DNA of 64,000 bases from the NCBI RefSeq assembly GCF_009914755.1, contig NC_060933.1. The stretch is one strand, 5' to 3'. This stretch comes from the human T2T-CHM13v2.0 reference genome, Homo sapiens. Position 1 is the stretch's first letter. Every line of letters begins with the position of its first letter. The position numbers and the translations under genes are program-made. Shown here in pieces: positions 15,166-30,888 of the stretch. A model generated the notes under the pieces. That model saw nothing but the letters and a program-made list of their open reading frames with translations, made no database searches and had not been told where the DNA came from.

Positions 15166-15950
15166 ACTCTAAACTCTACTATGGAAAGCTACACAGAGTC
15201 AACCTGTTTCTCACAATGGGTTTCTGTTACCTTCTTACCAAGCTCTAATTCTTGATAAAGTCTGCTTATTTTCCCCAAATAACTTTTAGATAAAATCTTT
15301 ATTTTCAGTTTGCATAAAAGTTAGTGCTTATTCTGTGAATCTGACCCATACCATTATTTTCTTTTTGATCTGGGTCTCTGGCATTGGGGCGATTTGTAAA
15401 ACTATATTAAAGTATTTGGGGGTAATTTACTAAACAGGTCATAGTTGTCCAAAAGAAATATTGAAGTATCCTGAGAGTTCAAATGTGATCAGTGGTTATT
15501 GTACTTAAAACAATTACGTAGTAACATCATCCCCATGTTTTCAAAGTAGTATTGAATTAGGCTATTTTGGTCCTTATAGTAGGCATGGGTTTTCATACCT
15601 TTCTGATAAATCTGACTGATGATAGGACTTGGACTAATATGTTGGCGTTAAATATTATTTGAATCTGGTAAGAAAGAATATATTGTATGCTTTTATTAGA
15701 AATAGCAAATATCAGTTTATTTCATCATAGCCAGTTTTGCCATTTTATAGACAAAAACTTGATACTTTTGAGAGTTTAATTAAACACGATTCAGCTTTTC
15801 AGAGGAAGAAAGAAAAACTAAAGATCACAGAGAAAGCTTTTATACAAATTGTAGTTATAAAAAATGTTAATGTTTCTTGCTTCTAACTTTCTTTACAATA
15901 AAGATTTTATTGTTTGGGTAAAGATGGAACATTCATTGTAAAAAAATTTA

Positions 15951-16356
<406 letters not shown>

Positions 16357-16389
16357 GTAGGTAAATTTTATTCCAGGGATCTCTCTATG

Positions 16390-16550
16390 CCAGTGCTACT
16401 TGGTAGTATGTTGAATGGCAGCCTCAGCCTCAGCTGGGAGCTTGTTAGAAATGCAAATTCTTGACCAACCCAGATCTACTGAATCGGAATCTCTAAGGGA
16501 GGGGGTCAAGCAAGCTGTTTTTAATAAGCCCTTCAGGTGATTCTTATACT
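16390..16550. mobile_element. MER5A (hAT-Charlie)
   Basis: gggagcttgttagaaatgcaaattct...tactgaatc...caggtgattct. Confidence 0.8.
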
Positions 16551-16674
16551 GTACAGCCATACCGCAGGGATATTGTGGGCTTAGTTCCATATCACTGCAG
16601 TAAACTGAATATCACAATAGAGTGAGTCACACACATTTTTTTGTTTCCCATTGCATATAAAAGTTATGCGTTTT

Positions 16675-16832
16675 GGCCGGGTGTGATGTGACAGGCCTGT
16701 AGTCCCAGCTACTTGGATCACTTGAGCTCAGGAGTTTGAGGCTGCAGTGAGTCATGATTGCACCACTGCACTCCAGCCTGGATGACAGCATGAGACCCCA
16801 TTTCTTAAAAAAAAAAAAAAAAAAAAAAAAAA
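16675..16832 (+). mobile_element. Alu monomer (FLAM/FRAM-like) inside Tigger1
   Basis: Single Alu arm plus long A tail; TSD-like aaagttatgcgttt / aaagctgtgttt. Confidence 0.8.
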
Positions 16833-18138
16833 GCTGTGTTTATACTATACTGTAGTCTATAAAATGTGTAATAGAATTGTCTAAAAAACATACATACCTT
16901 AATTAAAAATATTTATTGCTAAAAAATGCTAACGATCATCTCAGCTTTCAGCAAGTCATAATCTTTTTGCTGGTAGAGGGTCTTGCCACAATGTTGATGG
17001 GTGCTGACCAATCAGGGTAGTAGTTACTGAAGGTTGGGGTGGCTATCGCAATTTCATAAGATAATAATGAAGTTTGCTGCATTAGTTGACTCTCCCTTTC
17101 ATAAAAGATGTCTCTATAGCACATGATGCTATTTGATAGCATTTTACCCACAGTATGACTTCTTTCAAAATTGGAGTCAGTCCTCTCAAACCCTGCTTTA
17201 TCAATTAAGCTTCTGTCATATTTTAAATCCTTTGTTGTCATTTTGACAGTGTTCATAGCATCTTCACCAGGAGTAGATTCCATCTCAAGAAACCACGTTC
17301 TTTTCCCGTCCATAAGAAACAACTTCTCATTAGTTAAAGTTTTCTTATGAGATTGCAGGAATTGAGTCACATCTTCAGACTCCCCTTCTAATTCTAGTTC
17401 TCTTACTGTTTCCACCATATCTGCAGTTATTTCCTCCATTGAAGTCTGAAATCCCTCAAAGTCATCTGTGAGGGCTGGAATCATCTTTCAAACTCCTATT
17501 CATGTTGATACTTTGATCTCCCATGAATCACGAATGTTCTTAATGGCATCTAGAATGATGAATCCTTTCCAGAAGGTTTTCAATTTACTTTGCCTAGATC
17601 CATCAGAGGAATCACTATCTATGGTAGCTATAGCCTTATGAAATATATTTCTTAAGTAAGACTTAAAAGTCAAAGTTACTCCTTGATCAGTGGGCTGCAG
17701 AATGGATGTTGTGTTAGCAGGCATGAAAACAACATTAATCTCCTTGTACATCTCCATCACAGCTCTTGGGTGATCAGGTGTGTTGTCAATGAGCAATAAT
17801 ATTTTGAAGGAATCTTTTTTTTTCTAAGCAGTAGATCTCAATGGTGGGCTTAAAATAAACCATGCTGTAAACAGATGTGCTGTCATCTAGGCTTTATTAT
17901 TTATAGAAAACAGGCAGAGGAGATTTAGCATAATTCTTAATGGCCCTAGAATTTTCAGGATGGTAAATGATTATTGGCTTCAACTTGAAGTCACCAGCTG
18001 CTTTAGCCTCTAACAAGAGAGTCAGCCTGTCCTTTGAATCTTTGAAGCCAGGCATTGACTTCTCTATAGCTATGAAAGTCCTAAATGGCATCTTCTTCCA
18101 AAAGGAGGCCATTTCATCTCCATTAAAAATCTGTTGCT

Positions 18139-18457
<319 letters not shown>

Positions 18458-20950
18458 TTAGTGTAGCTACTTTCATGAATGATGTTAGCTACATCTTCTA
18501 GGTAGTTTACTACAGCTTCTATATCAGCATTTGCTGCTTTCCCTTGCACTTTTATGTTATGGAGATGGCTTCTTTCTTTAAATCTTGTGAACCAACCTCT
18601 GCTACCTTCCAACTTTTCTTCTCTAGCTTCCTCACCTCTCTCAGCCTTCATAGAACTGAAGAGAGTTAGGGTTGCTCTGAATTAGGCTTTGGCTTAAGGG
18701 AACATTGTGGCTTGTTTGATCATCTATCCAGACCACTTCATATCAGCAATAAGGCTGTTTTATTATCATTTGTGTGTTTACTGGAGTAGCACTTTTAATT
18801 TCCTTCAAGAACTTTTCCTTTGCATTCACAACTTAGCTAACTGGCTCAAGAGACCTAGCTTTTGGCGTATCTTGGCTTTCAACATAACTTCCTCACTAAG
18901 CATAATCATTTCTAGCTCTTGATTTAAAGTGAGAAACAGGTGACTGTTCCTTTCACTTGAACACTTAGAGGCCATTGTAGGATATTAATTGGCCTAGTTT
19001 GGTGTTGATCATATTCTTTATGTTGTCATGGTTCTGTCATAATTCTTTTAGTTCTATGTTTTAATAGTTTTGGTGCTCATTACCAGTACTGTTGCTTCTC
19101 CATTCCCGAGTTAGTCCATCTCCTGATTGAATTTCATTGTCAGGCAGTCTTTTCAAGTTACAGGTACTGCATGCATTCTTTGGGTTCTTATACACTTCAT
19201 TGATTCAAAATATTTGTCTTTTGTTTTTATATTACTTGAAGGATTACTTGGCTAGGTATAAAATTTATCAGTCACACTTTTTTCCCCCTCAACTTTGTAA
19301 GTGTTGTTCCATAATCTCCTAGTGTTTGATTGGCTGGATTTCTTTGTCCAATGTTTTCTCCTTTTATTAGGAAGAATTTGTGAGTATTATAGTCTCTGAG
19401 TTTCAATGCTTGCTGTTTTCTTTAATGCTTGAGAATGTCTGTCTATTGCTTTCGTTCCTGAAAAATAACTTGTTTGGGAACACTTTCATTAGAACTTTGT
19501 GGTCACTGTTTTATTATTTTGGGACATCTAGTGTTACTGTAGAAAAGTCTGATTTTTCTCCCTCCCTCCTTGAAGGCACTTTTTTTTTTTTAATCTAAAA
19601 TGCCTGAGAGTTTTCTTCTTTATTTTTGAAATTCAGTAATATAAACAAGGTATATCTAAGTGTCACTTATAATCATTTTTCCCTAAATTATAATATGCCC
19701 TTAGTTCTTCTAAGAACATTTTCCTTGTTTATTACCATGAATACTTTTTTTTGGTCAAATTATTAGATCCTCTACTTCATGACACCAGTTTTTTTAATAC
19801 TGAATTTTCTTTTGTTCTTCGTATGTATTCTAATTGCTTTGATTTGTCTTTTACCTTTGCATTTACTGTGATCATCTGAAGCCTTTCTTTTTGTCAATAA
19901 TTCTGTTTTCTCCAGTATCTGTCCTGTTTTTGATATTTTAAATGAATTAATTGGTTAAGTCATTGTGTTATATAGGCTCTAAGTTTCTTTAGCACTACAA
20001 ACTGCATTTTCATCTTATTCTGCTTCTTGCTTTTGAGCTTGTTTATTATAAGGTTGTATTGTTTTCAAGTTCTTCATTATGATGAAGTTGTTGAGAATTT
20101 TCTTTAGTTTTTATTGGGTTATGTATCCTTCCAGAATGGGTTCTTTGCCACTTGTATGCCCTATTCATTTCTTCATTTTGTGTTCTTTCTTGCTTTTTAT
20201 TCCCTGTATGTGTGTATTTCTTTTTGTCAGGCTGTAATACATATGCATACATGTTTCTTCTTGATATGGGAGAACTTCTATGTGGTGCTGATGGGAAATA
20301 TTTTTAATACTCCACTCTCCTTACCCAAGTTTGTTTTTCTCCTGAGCCCTAGTTTGAAAGCTGTATATTGTTGGAGTGGAGGGAAGGAGAAGGGAAAAGT
20401 GGTGATTCAGAGAGCCAAATGGGGCAATGTGGCTTTTAGGCTCTGCTCTCTTGAAGTACCAAGTATTTCACTCTTGGGTCTGCCCAACTGCTTATGAATA
20501 AAATTCCTTTGCCTTGTATGGGGACATCATTCGACCTCAGACCTCTCATTTCTCTTTGTTCTGAGCCCTAGAATGTGACCTGACCTTCTCCTTCCCAAAG
20601 CATGGAGATGGTTAAAACTCACTCTTGAAATTTTTTTGTTGACTTTTCCCTCTGTTGCTTATTCATTCCTCGGCTCTACTTTTTGCCATTTTGGAGTGTA
20701 TTTCTGGTAAGTGTTTAGGATTTTGTAAACTATTTCCCTACAACCTCTTACTGGAGGTAGGGGTAGAGTTGGGAATGACCATCAATCACATATAACTTTG
20801 TTTCTTATTTTGACTATCAGTCTTCAAAATTTATGGCAGGCCCTTTTATATTTGGTTGCTGCTAATAAAATGTTGGCCTTTTTGTTTTATTTTTTATTTT
20901 TATTTTTTGTTTTATTAGATTTTGAAGAAGGGAGATTCTAAAATGTAGTT

Positions 20951-21163
20951 CAGGTTTTCTCAGTGTCAGCACAAATAACATTTTGGGTTGGATAATTATT
21001 TGTTGTGAGGGGGTTGCCCTGTGCAGAGTAGGATATTTAACAACATCCCTGGCTTCTACCCACTAGATGCCAGTAGCATTCCCCTAGTTAAGACAACCAA
21101 AAACATCTTCAGACATTGCCAAATATTCCCTGGGGAGAAAAGCACCCTGGTTTGAGAGCCACT
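20951..21163. mobile_element. MER20 (hAT-Charlie)
   Basis: catccctggcttctacccactagatgccagtagc...cagacattgccaaat. Confidence 0.85.
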
Positions 21164-22593
21164 AATCAATTTTGTTCATTCATCTTTACTCCTCCTAAAT
21201 ACCTACATCCAAATTTTAAATAGATCTTTCTCATGTAGTCTGGCAAGTATTATATCAAAGATAAATACCAGTTTTAGAATAAAGCATTAATATACTCTTA
21301 CATTTCAACTTAAGAGGCAAATATTAACAGTAGGATTTGTAAACTATTTATTAGACTAAAAATCAATGAATTTTTAAAAATTACAAAATGATTTATGTAT
21401 GTTAGATATTTTACTGAGTGAAAAAATTCATGCTTTTTTAAATGACTTATTGTTTGGAGTAGTGATACAGTAGATTTAATTTTCCCCCTCATTAATTAAA
21501 ATCATGTTTTAGCCAAGAAAGTGAACAGAATTCTTATTGGCAATTCAGTTGTTTCCCGTTTTGGAGACTGACACTCTCCAGTTCTAAGTTAAATAATTGT
21601 CATGGTAAAGTAATTTCCTTGAAAAGAACGGACATTGATTCAGCCCCTGTTACTCACAAATCCTATTTGAGTCAAATTGGAAAACTATTACGTTTTTGGG
21701 AAAAAAATCAATAGGTATCAGGAAACCATTAGATCTTGTGGCCCTTGCTATATCTTGCATGAGTAATCACTGTAAACAGCTGACCGTTATTTCATTGTTG
21801 ACACAGAGTGATGCTTGGGGGACCACATCTTGTCAGAGCAGGTGGACAGCTTTAGACTTTGGAATGAGTTTGATTATCCTTGTTTTTCTCCTACACTTAT
21901 TCTTTTAGACAGCCCTGTCACTAACTGGGCCTGTGATGCTTTCAAAAATCAAATACTTTCCTTGCTGTCAGTTTTCTTTTTCTTGCGTTGTGGCATACTA
22001 ATCAGGGTATGTGGTTTGGTACTGAACCAATTTCTGTCAAAAGCAAGTTTTAATTTATTATTTAGGAAAAATTTTTCCTAAGACCCAGGTTTTATACAGT
22101 CCTAAATAAATAGTGTGAGGAATAATTAGTAATGCCATAGAGTATATAATTTTACTTCTAGTTCTACACAGATTACAAGTAAATTTTTTTTGGGCAAGTG
22201 ATTTTGGAATTATCTATGTTTTGTTTTCCTTTTCCTTTAGAGTGATAATTCACTATTTATGATTGAATGATTATCATATTAAAGAGGTGAGAAAATAAAA
22301 ATAAGTCTGATGTGCACAAAGCCATACTGCTCAAATTGTTTGATAATATCTGTTAATTAAATTATTATGGCATCGGTAGAAGAATGATGTTTTGTTTATA
22401 TGTGGTTAGAATTGGTCTTTTTTAAAGGAAATAACAAGAGAGATGGAAATGGAATGGGTATAAATAGTAAAAGGTTCTATCACTATAATTCCCTTTTGCT
22501 ATAAATAGTTAAAGCTTCTATCACTATAATTTCCATAAGAAGATATATGTGTTTACCTGTTAATTTTATCAGGGCAAATTAAAACATGGATAG

Positions 22594-23163
<570 letters not shown>

Positions 23164-24251
23164 TAATGATGAAATCTTTGTTCATATAGATTAAAAAACC
23201 CCAGACAGTGGTGGAACTCGATGTCACTCAACTTCCAATTTAGTGCTTCCACTAAGGTTTTCTTTAAAAAAAAAATGCTTTGTAGGTTTTCTGTATCCTC
23301 TGTTGTTTGATTTATGCCCTTAATATAATGTTAGAGCCTTTTATTTTAATCCTCCAGGCAATATGAGGATCATATTTTTGCTTTTATTTTCTCTTGAAGA
23401 TAAGAATTAAACACTCCTCCCTTACTTTATTTACCTGAACACTTTTGGGCAATGATATGCCTTCATTTAAAATATATTAGAAACTTTCTTAGTTAAGCGA
23501 CTATGTTTTCTCCCTTTCTCTTTCCCTTTTTCACCTTTTTAAAAACCAGTCGAAATTTTCTTACTTTTTCAAAAGTAATAATCATTAAGAAATTTAAGAA
23601 TTATTAAGCTGGGCCCCATCATTGAGCTCTAATATATGTGGCGGGTAACTGGTTGAATTCCTTAGGCATAATTAAACTCATTCTTTTGTTATCAGCATAT
23701 ATTCAGAGATTGCAAAATGAATTGGTAGTTTGGAAACTTAGGCATATGTTATGTAAAACATTTATGAGTTGGATTTGGATTTGGTGAGAGATGTTAGGAA
23801 TGATACCTTAAGATGTCTCATTCTTTAGGCAATAATTTAAATCTTAAGAAAAGTCTTGATTTTGATTATGTGAAAATAAACTAGAAATAACCTGTCTTAT
23901 GTACTTATCACATTTGACTATGTTATGAAATTTGACTTATATTTTGGATTGTAAGCTTTTTCAGTGCCAAGGAAATCTTATTTTCTTATTTATTTAATTT
24001 AAAATTTTTATTTGTTTTATATCTTCTCTAGTGCCTTAAAATAGTGCTAGCCACTCAGGAAATGCATTGACTTATTACTGGAATTTAATTAAATGGCAGC
24101 ACTGGCAAGAGAAAAAAACAGTACATTGTTTTATTGAGTAGTATTTGTGAACTGAAATAGGTTAGTTTTAATTTTCATTCTGAAGTATGGTTGCACAAGT
24201 ATTAATAAGCATTCTTTTTAAAAAGTGATTAAAATGTTTTTTCCTTTGTAG

Positions 24252-24289
24252 GTATCATAACTATTGTGGATTCAAAATATGGATTAAAA
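24252..24289 (+). CDS. ZNG1: ZNG1 exon 6 (GIITIVDSKYGLK)
   Basis: tttgtag|GT acceptor, AAA|gtaagt donor, 38 nt. Confidence 0.93.
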
Positions 24290-24708
24290 GTAAGTTGAAA
24301 GATTGCTATGAGTGGCTCATTATTGAGAGCTGGGAATATGGGGATTAATTGTTTAATTTTCTTTATGTTTGTATCTGAAATTTTCTTTAACAAAAACCTT
24401 TCTCAAAAAGATATCCTGAACAATAGGTGAAATTTGTGTTTTAATTATTAGTTTGTGTTAAATATTTCTTTTCTATTACTCTGAGTTTGATTTGGTGATA
24501 AAATTTGGAATTATAATTTGTAATAAGCATATGGGGTTAGGATAGAGTTTGGTATGTATAGCTCTTCACAAGGATTCAACCCCAATATTGGTAAGTTTTT
24601 CTGTTCCATAGAAGAAGCTGAGCTTGATAAAGCATCTGAGATCTTATTTTTCTTGTTAAATTACTATTAAACACACACTGGAAATGAGTTTTTAAAAAAT
24701 ATTGAAGA

Positions 24709-24815
24709 CCTAGGTGATGGGTTAATAGGTGCAGGAAACCACCATGGCACCCGTTTACCTATGTAACAAACCTGCACATCGTGAGCATGTACCCTGGAAC
24801 TTAAAATTTAAAAAG
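24709..24815 (+). mobile_element. Very short 5'-truncated L1PA 3' end
   Basis: taggtgatgggtt...gtaacaaacctgcac...ggaacttaaa; TSD atattgaaga on both sides. Confidence 0.8.
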
Positions 24816-24887
24816 TACATATTGAAGAAAATCAGGATATACACATAGGATTAGTAAGAAGACTCTCTCCATTAAAAGGCATCTTGC

Positions 24888-24922
24888 ATCGCTTCTTGGT
24901 CTTTTGGCTAAGATCAAGTGTA
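24888..24922 (+). pseudogene. 3'-truncated (tailless) U2 snRNA retrocopy, about 35 nt
   Basis: ATCGCTTCTTGGTCTTTTGGCTAAGATCAAGTGTA matches the U2 5' end with 2 mismatches; flanked by direct repeats aaaaggcatcttgc / aaaagacatcctgc. Confidence 0.9.
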
Positions 24923-25187
24923 AAAGACATCCTGCTATGAATGTTTTTGTTAACTTCTAAGGTCCTAGAATGCATTTAAATGAGGTTTAATTTATAAAAT
25001 GCATTTAGTAAGATCTTTAAAAGTATGTTGTTACATACAGTAAAATGATGTTTCTCAACTTCCCAGGTGAAATACCACTAAAGGCAGAAGAGAATGAAAT
25101 CATCCCACCCACTGACCCGTTCCCAATCTGAGCATATGGATAGGGCCCAAAGCAGTAAGTTCTTAGAAGTTTAAATTCAGTGTTTAA

Positions 25188-25547
<360 letters not shown>

Positions 25548-27144
25548 TAAGTTTGCTTTTTTTTCCCAAATCTTTGCTGAAATTATGCTCTAAGGGGATA
25601 TGTCAGGTTTGTCAAATAGCTACCAATACCTCTTCACTGGGCCTTCTCTCCCTCGTTGATAGAGTGCCCTAGTTTGAAAAGTTTGGAAGAAAACTCCTTT
25701 TTTAGAGTTTAAAATCTCAATTTATGAATTTATGAATATAATTTAAGAATCAAAGAATGATCCCAAATACAGTATTACAGTTTCACGCAGAAAAATTCCA
25801 ATGACTGTTGGAAATCATATTTCTTGCAAAATGCTTATGGAGGTAGCAAAAAAGCCCCAAATTATTCATTTTGAATGTTTATTATAGGCATGTTTGAATC
25901 TACCTCTTCCATAAATTTATTACAAAATTTGATATACCTATGTGACAGATAACTGCTAAGACATTTTGTTTTTTTTTTTATTTTGATAGACTGAAAATGC
26001 CATGCTAAAAGTCAAACTGTTTATGTATTTTATGATTATAGGAAAAATTTTATATGTATAGTTGGGTATGGAGAAGAGTTAAATAGAATCTATTATCAGC
26101 ATGACGGAGGCCAAAAAAACAAAGCAACATTCTGAATAATGCAAACACAGTAAATGTTTAACCTTCTGCTACCTTGATAAAACCTCTTAAATTATTAAAT
26201 CAATATACCTACACGAAACTGACACACTGTCAGGATAATGGAAACTTTAAATTTTCTAAGTCGGATGCCAGATAAATAACTTTGCCTTGATATAAAGAAT
26301 TTTCCAACTTGTCCAATTCCTCTGGTTGCAAAGCTTGACCTCAGTAGCTGCTTGTGATTCAGAGAATTCTGAGGCAGTACAAGTAATGACACTTGGATAA
26401 TGGGCAGCAATTTAAGAATGTCATGCTTCACAGAGCCAGCCCATGACAAGTAAAGCTGAGAAATGGTACCCTGTGGCCAGCCAGCCAAATTGAAACTGAA
26501 GTGGTAATTGATATCATGGGGTATCACTCTAATGGGATTGTCACCCATTGATCTGAAATATTCATTTTTTAATCATAGGCAAAGAATTGGACAACTTAAA
26601 ATGACAGCTCTCTATTCTGAGGACTTGACACCCGGGCTACTGACATTGTTCTTTTCAGTTCTACAAATGTGACAGCATTTAATGCAATAGAAGCAATGAA
26701 TGAAGTTACCCAGAGAAGGTCAAGTGAGAGGTTTCTTCTTGGTTCCTCTGTTATATTGCACAATCTGTTGAAACAATTCAGTCAGAAAACAGTTAGCTTG
26801 GAAAAGGCCAGAACAATAAATAGACTGACATTATGCAATAATTTTTTAAAAACTAAAATAGTGTTACATCTGTAACCAATCCATTTGAAAGAAATAGTTC
26901 CTGCTGCTGCTTTTTAAAAATGACACCAGACATCTTTGACACTAGATTTATTTCCACTCTGGTCAACAGCAGTGTTCTTTCATAGCCAGTGGGTTTTAAG
27001 ATAGTTTTTTCTTTTCTTTCTTTCTCTTTTTTCGGTCCGGCTTCTTTCTTTATTTCTGCAGAAAAGGACACCCTATAGCCCTTCATGAAGTTAGGTCTAC
27101 AGTGGTGTTATTTCAGAGAGTTCCTTTGTTTCTCTCTCTAACCC

Positions 27145-27410
27145 CCCAGCTTTATTGAGGTATAATTGACAAGTAAAAACTATATATATTTAAGGTATAC
27201 AGTGTGTGAATTACATTATCAAACATTATCCATCACCTCACATTGCTATTTTTTTGAGAGGGGGTGGTAAGAACAATTAAGATCTATGTTTTAGCAGATT
27301 CAAGTATACAATAGAATTAACTACAGTCATCATGCTGTAATTAGCTCTCCATGACTTATGCATCTTGTATAACAAACTTTGTATTCTTTGACCAACATCT
27401 CACACCACTC
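27145..27410 (-). mobile_element. L1MA/MB 3' fragment
   Basis: cagctttattgaggtataattgaca...tttgaccaacatctc. Confidence 0.7.
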
Positions 27411-30174
27411 CCCTTTAATTTCCTTTGTTTCTTGTGGTAAGTTAAATTGGGGTTTTGATCCTTAGCCTTTTGAATATGTTGGATTAATTAGTATCAAAAT
27501 TATTTTTGTCTTTTTTGATATATAAGCAAAAGCCATAGTTGTTAAGCAGAGATAAGGAATACTTTGGACATCTATGTAATATAAAATATTTAAAAAATAT
27601 TTTGCAAAAATTTTTTCTTCATTTACTTATACAGGTGGAATAGAATGCCAAACTTTCCATTTTGTTTTATTTTATAAATGAAAGTCATCTGACTTAATGA
27701 CCAAATGGTATATAATGTATTATTGGAGAATGTTCTTTTGAATAGAAGACATTGATTTTATACTTTTTGCAGAGTTTGATTTGGGAAGGTAGGAAGTCAC
27801 ATGAGGGAAATGCAGGGCTGATGTCTAAAGAAAATAAATGTTAAGATGCACTTATTTTTTTAAATGTTTGTATAGCTTTCCTATGGGCATAGAAGAGGAC
27901 ATTTATCTCTTCTGCTATAATTGTATATGATTACATATAATTTTAATACAGCTGTAAATATTGGCAGGCTCTCATTTGGGGTGATTTTCATTTATTTTTA
28001 TATTTGATACTTTCTGACTGCCTGGAAGTAGTAAAACGTTAGTCTACCACTGTTAGCTTTGAGTGAAGAATTCTAATATTTTGGAGAGGTAAATGCATTT
28101 AAAACATTGCACATTACCTTGTGAAACTAACATTGTATTAGTTACATTTAGGCATGGAAATGCAAAAACAAATCTGTAATTCTTCTGTCATATCATTTTT
28201 ATGCCTCACAAACTCATAGCCAAATAACCCCAATTTCATATGTTAAAAAAGCTTTCATAAGGTCAATAATATAATATCTTGAAAAATATTTCAGTTTAAA
28301 AAGAATTTTCAGTACTATAGGATCATTCAGAGGCAGATGCCTTGACAAAAATATATCATTGTTAAGTAGATTTACTGCTTAATGGGAAGAGATTTGTTGC
28401 TGCATGTTAGATGGCATTTTTCATGTAACATCTTTTATGTATCCCCACAACAGGAGGTGTTAATTACAATTCATTCAACAAATATTTCTTGAGCCTTTGT
28501 GCCAGGCACCATTCCAAGGTCTGTTAGCAGCCTCATTCTCTAGAGGCAGAGTATATAACAATAGGACTTGTTGTAGCCTCAGGCCAAGATGAATTATGAA
28601 AAAAATATTAAACTTGATCTTTTGGCATGGAATGATTTTTGATACAATACTTGTCAAGTTCTGTGACTTCCATAATTGCAGAGTGGGTCTGCAGTTGAAT
28701 TGAACAAGATTTTGCCTGAAGTAGAAGTATCATTGCCATGATTTTATTTCAGTTTTGTTTTCCTCAAAATAGAATTTGCTGAACTTTTAGAAGGAAAAAA
28801 TGTTTCTTCTATAGACCTAATCAAGCTTGTTAAATAAAATTATTACCTGCTTGCTCTGAGGTTCCAAACTATTCAGATACCCCTAATGATCATCTCCCCA
28901 TGAATTATGAAACTGGTTTGGCTCTGATATATGGTTATTGACATTTGTGTAGCATTGTACACAGGCTGATTTTATGTGGCATAAAAGATTTCACAAAGGC
29001 TTTAAAATTATGTTCATTTTACTTGATGGGTGTGTGTTCAATTAAAAAAAAAAGTCCCTGTGATTGCATATAAAATATAGTATCCTGTGATGATGAGGGT
29101 GTTAGATTTAGTTTCTTCCTTTATAAATGAAAATAGCCATCTCCCATAATTATTATGAAAGCTAAATGAGAAAAATGTATATAATTTATAAAGTTAGATT
29201 CAAGGATTTAATTCATTTGTAAAGTTGGCTTCAAATATAGAGTATTACTATAATCTAGTTGCCTCTAAACCTCAGTAGCCAGCTTTTTATTGTGACAGGG
29301 AACCTCTATTGAGGTTTGAGGTAATGAGGGTAAAAGTGTAATTTCCCAGAGAAGAAGCTTGTGATGTTGATGACGTTAGGGATGTAAACAGGATTATGAG
29401 GGGGAAAAAAAAAAACAGACAACAAAACTTGCCTCCAGAGAGATGGAAACTACCACTTGGGCTCTAAGTCAGTGTCAAAATATTTTTTGGAGTTAGCCTG
29501 ACTCTGGAGAGGTCAGTAAAATAAACAGTTGCACTGAGAGGCCAGATTAGCAAGTATGGGTTTCTAAATGATAAACTGCTTTTAGGCTAGAATCAGGGCT
29601 GAATCAGCCTTCCCACCACTTATTTGTTTCTAGGGTGTTTGAAAGGCCTAGTACTGAGTTCACGTGGTGCATGATTGTGGGCTGGGGTGTAGGGAAGTAT
29701 TTTAGATTCTAATATGGGGGTTTGGTGTGAAGGGAAGTATATTAGATTCTAAGAAACTATATTTCAGTGGTTATCCTTTTTTTAAAATAAGTAATAATGA
29801 ATATTTAGAACCAGAACAGTTTTGTAAGAAGGAAAATACCTAAAATCTGAACTGTAATCTTCTATGTTTTTATGACATTATGTGAATCAAAGGGGTTTTC
29901 CTTTTAAGTAAAAGAAAAGGTCAGGAGTATGAAATCCTAAGCCCTCTTCCTCCCCCTATAAAACCCCACAGGTTCACTTGTAGAAAAAAATTGCAAATGG
30001 GGAAGAAAAATGCTTTCAGCTAGAAAAGTTAGTTTTGGATTTGTGTATTCAGTAACAGAACATGTTGAAGTTTTTATTAAATGCAAGAAAATGTCTCTAA
30101 AGTAAAATCCTTTGTGTTGACATTAGATTTTTTATTGTATTATAGTAACTTTATTCAAACTTTTTTTTGTTTAG

Positions 30175-30221
30175 CATTTAACAGAAGAGAAACCTGATGG
30201 CCTTATCAATGAAGCTACTAG
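30175..30221 (+). CDS. ZNG1: ZNG1 exon 7 (HLTEEKPDGLINEAT)
   Basis: gtttag|CAT acceptor, AG|gtattc donor, 47 nt. Confidence 0.93.
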
Positions 30222-30524
30222 GTATTCATATTTAAAGTATATATTGATTGCTGGCTAATCGTAAAGAGAAAAATCACTAAGATGAAAACCAAAAACAAAC
30301 TAAGAAATTTTAAAACATAGTCAAGGAAAATTTGTTTTCTTTTTTTCCCTTAGTTGAATTATTGCTATCTATTTATAATGATCTCATAACTAAACTTTTA
30401 CTTGAAGTCATTTTTGTCGTAGCATAAAGTGAATGCTGAACACAGGAGTTCTGTAATTTTGAGGAACTCGGGAAATATTAACATTTAAAAATATTTTCTT
30501 GTTATACAATTTCTTTGGGATTGA

Positions 30525-30888
<364 letters not shown>

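Noticed and set aside
22459-22534. 41-bp-period tandem duplication (tataaatagt..aa.g.ttctatcactataatt) upstream of exon 5
   Set aside because: Only two diverged copies; typical slippage duplication with no array structure
26195-26548. 117-aa minus-strand ORF in intron 6
   Set aside because: No recognisable domain, promoter or splice context; better explained as a chance ORF in non-coding DNA
29686-29752. Two-copy repeat agggaagtat.ttagattctaa (similar small duplications at 50350-50392 and 54662-54698)
   Set aside because: Two-unit local duplications, not CRISPR-like or functional arrays
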